In this document: piece after piece, positions 60,462-64,000 of the stretch
How the letters are laid out: every line of letters begins with the position of its first letter
Position numbering within the stretch: the first letter of the stretch is position 1
Assembly (NCBI GenBank): GCA_951406725.2
Contig: OX597818.1
Coordinates: 34,906,001 to 34,970,000, forward strand
Length of the DNA stretch: 64,000 nucleotides
Reading direction: 5' to 3'
Source: Octopus vulgaris
Taxonomy: Eukaryota
Notes under the pieces: model-generated
What the model was told of the DNA's origin: nothing
The model's input: only the letters and a program-made list of their open reading frames with translations
Database searches by the model: none
Program-made: the position numbers and the translations under genes

Positions 60462-61719
60462 GGTATAAGATCTGGTGAAATGTGTCTAAGATGTGTGCCA
60501 GTGTGTGTTCAGAAGCCAGAAAATAAAAATAGTGAGAAAAAAAAAAAATGAAAAAGAACTGGGTGTGGAATGTAGAGAGAGAAAGAGTGAGTAACAGCAA
60601 AGCTTATATTGCTGAGAGAGCAAAAGAGAGAATGAAAACTACTGTTGTTGACAGAGAGTAGGAGGAGAGAGAAGAGTATGAAAGATGGGTAGACTAGCAA
60701 CAGATGGACACAATGAGCAAGTGACCAAACGGCAAGGGCAGACAATCAATCAGATTTTTAAAAAAAGCAATAACGGAAATGTTATCTTGTTTATCGGGAT
60801 CAGTCCCACTGCGTGGCACCTTGGGCAAGTGTCTTCTATTATAGCCTCAGGCTGACCAAAGCCTTGTGAGTGGATTTGGTAGATAGAAACTGAAAGAAGC
60901 CCGTCGTATATGTGTAAATATATATATATATATGTATGTGTGTCTGTGTTTGTGCCCCCAACATCACTTGACAACTGATGCTGGTGTGTTTACATCCCTG
61001 TAACTTAGGGGTTTGGCACAAAAGAGATCGATAGAATATGTACTAGGCTTACAAAGAATAAGTCCTTGGGTCGATTTGCTCGACTAAAGGTGGTGCTCCA
61101 GCATGGTTACATTCAAAATGACTGAAACAAGTAAAAGAGTAAAGAGTGTTAATTATTTGTTGATGGTATGTCATAACTGTTATTTTATTTCGCACATATA
61201 TATGAAAGAATGATGAAATAGTTACCTTTTATCGTTTACCTGGTTTCAACTGGCTTGATATGGCTGGCTTAAATACTAAAGTGTTAAGAAGGTGTAACCT
61301 TTGCTGGCAACAAAGGGATTCTCTCACTGAGTGAAGTATAGATTATATGATGCTTATGTACAAAATGCAAGACAGAGCCATTGAATATGGAGGATGCATG
61401 AAAACTTTAAAAAGTGAAGCAAACATGCTCCACTTGATGTGTAATGTTAAAGTGTATGAACATCAGAGAACAAATGAACTGAGAGAAAAATCTTGGTACA
61501 AACAAAATATTAAAAAATATACCAACTTTGCACATTAGAAATGTATGAGACTATTTTCTAATGAAAAACTACTAATTAGAATTTCAGAATTTATCTCTTC
61601 TGGCAGGTACTGCACTTATAGTTCACTACAATATTTTAAACTCATAAACTTCTTGAATGGGTGTAACTCTACAGTTGAAAGTTTACAAGCATTTCCTGAA
61701 ATGTTATTTCAGGAATTTC

Positions 61720-61915
61720 AACCGTGTTTCATGGTCTGCTACCACAACAGCTCCTTTATAGGATCCAATTAGCTCAAGACATCATCAGGAGGAACCATGT
61801 CCGGTTTCGGCACCTAGCCCTCTACCATTTTGATGTGGTGGCTGCCCCCCTTACAGAAGTATCTTCAGCTCTGGTGTTGGATGCATTTCTTCTGTTCCCT
61901 GGCCTCTCTGATGTA
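61720..61915 (-). mobile_element. Penelope-like RT relic homologous to 17535-17730
   Basis: Near-identical block ctgctaccacaacagctcctttataggatcca...ccggtttcggc. Confidence 0.6.
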
Positions 61916-63681
61916 GCTAAATAAACTTGTGGTATTTACTAACATAATTCCAATTCATCCCTTTTGCTTGTTTGTCCTACCTATTCAGTTACTATTCCCT
62001 TCCTCCTTCATTGTATTTGTATTTACTAATATCCACATGCCTAAAACACACTATTACATGTAGATATAATTTCTCCTTACAATCACTGCATTGAAAAGAT
62101 AGTTTTATTAGTGGAACTTGAAAAGAAGCAGTCACTATAAATTATAAATTTTAACCTTTTTGTTACCATATTTCTGTTTGAGATGCTCTGTGTTTCTTTC
62201 AATTAATTTTAAATATAACAAAGAATTTAGCAAAATAACATATTTATCATTAAGCTAGTGTTAGGAACATAAATTGTGATTAAGGTTTGGTCAAGCCATC
62301 TGACCCATGCCAGCATGTAAAACAGATGCAAAATGATGATGATGATACACACATACGCATGTGCACAAATACATGTATATAGTGGAAGTGCATGGCTTAG
62401 TGGTTAGGGTGTTGCACTTATGATTGTAAGATTGTAGTTTCATTTCATGTTGCTACAGGCCACTCAACTGCTAAAAATGAGTAAATCGTGTGATGGACCA
62501 GCATCCCATTAAAGGGGACAATATAAATGTCACAGAATCTGGGAAACTAGCCTTATGAGCCTATGGTTTGACCCCTTTAGTGATATATATATATATATAT
62601 ATATGAAATGCAAAATAGGACAAGAATGCAAAATATCCGGATAGTTAGGTGATACAAAAATGGGACAACAAAACATCTAGATAGACGATACAAAGAAAAC
62701 AAGGATGGGTCATTCGAAGTTTTCTTTCCTCAGTCAAATACCAGATTATCTTCACAATTTTGGCTGATTATACTTCAGATTGCTCCAATCTAGCCAGCCC
62801 CAAGGAAAAACTAAGCTAAGAGCATTAGATTCCTTGGAAGAAAGTAGCGAATGTATACAAAGACCAGGATGGAAAAAACGGACAATGTTACACAAATATA
62901 TATATATATATATATAGCCCTACTGTCACAGCGGTGGTGTACCCCACTACTGTCACGTTCGTGTTAGATTGACAGTATACAACCATTCTATCGCCCCACC
63001 ACCGTACATGTCTCTACGAGAGATTTAGAAATATATATGTATGTACACAGACACACACACACACAGACCTCTCATGCATACATACATACTCTATCTGTTG
63101 GCAGCTGGTTTAGGCCCCATAGTTTCAGATGAAGATTCGAATTAGAGTAGAAACTGGCAAAGCCAATCCCTTTTGTTCGATTATAAAAAATGACATTTAC
63201 ATTTGTCCTCACACTGTCAATTACACATCAGAGTAAAGGCTAAAAATTGTATTGTTTCTAATTAACTACACCTTATTATACATTTTAGATTAATCACCAT
63301 GCTAAACCATATGAACAGGATATGAGCAGGTGTAACCTTTATCCACCAGGAAAATTAAAGCATTGTTTAATAGAAGCATCAAATTGAACTCGCACTCAGA
63401 ATGGATATCTTTTGTTGTTATAAATCAAAATATTTGTTTAAGTACCAAATGGCTGAAAACCATATTCTTTTATTCTTTTACTTGTTTCAGTCATTGACTG
63501 TGGCCCTGCTGGAGTACTGCCTTTAGTCGAGTAAATCGACCCCCAGGGCTTATTCTTTGTAATTCTTTGTAAGCCTAGTACTTATTCTATCGGTCTCTTT
63601 TGCCGAACCGCTAAGTTATGGGGAAGTAAATACACCAGCATCAGTTATCATGCGATGTTGGGGGGGACAAACACAGACACA

Positions 63682-63758
<77 letters not shown>

Positions 63759-64000
63759 TTAAATAATGAGGGAGATGAATTAATATTAATTTAAAACCAG
63801 TAGCCTAGCATACAAAAATCTGAAAAATCAGAGAAAATTCTAATACATGTGTATATTCAAAGGGCAAGACCGCTGAATTTTCCTCTAGAGAACATCCTTT
63901 GTAGTTTGATCGTTGGTGATCTATTTCTAGCATATGGCCGGCTACCTAACAGTCTTACCCTTTGAATATACACATATATATATACATATATATGACAGGC

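Noticed and set aside
62600-62900. Element in (TA)n with CUGAGGA on the minus strand
   Set aside because: No GAAA, NUH or stem I arrangement; left unclassified

Overview
AT-rich, repeat-dense eukaryotic genomic DNA. The repeat landscape (tRNA-headed SINEs, RTE LINE tails ending in (GAT)n, abundant TA/CA/ATC microsatellites) looks like an Octopus/coleoid cephalopod genome, but that assignment is inference. Three intron-containing genes were reconstructed by hand from GT-AG exons with consistent phases. (1) The last two coding exons of a GRAMD1/Aster-like lipid-transfer gene (+, 1736-5783). (2) A complete SMG9 NMD-factor gene (-, 13 coding exons, 42336->23338, 505 aa). (3) A complete TBRG1/NIAM-like FYRN/FYRC gene (+, 8 coding exons, 44245-59571, ~341 aa), head-to-head with SMG9. 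Most ORFs in the supplied track are spurious reads through repeats. The rest of the window holds RTE, CR1 and Penelope-like retroelement relics, three SINE families, Tc1/mariner, piggyBac-type and pogo-type MITEs and a probable Helitron. The most notable unexplained structures are: five hammerhead-ribozyme-like motifs, some in Penelope-type relics; an RTE LINE 3'UTR built from a variable tandem array of ~60-nt hairpin plus compact-pseudoknot modules; a SINE whose internal microsatellite repeatedly receives other elements; and several long hairpins. Repeat boundaries are approximate; exon boundaries were counted by hand.
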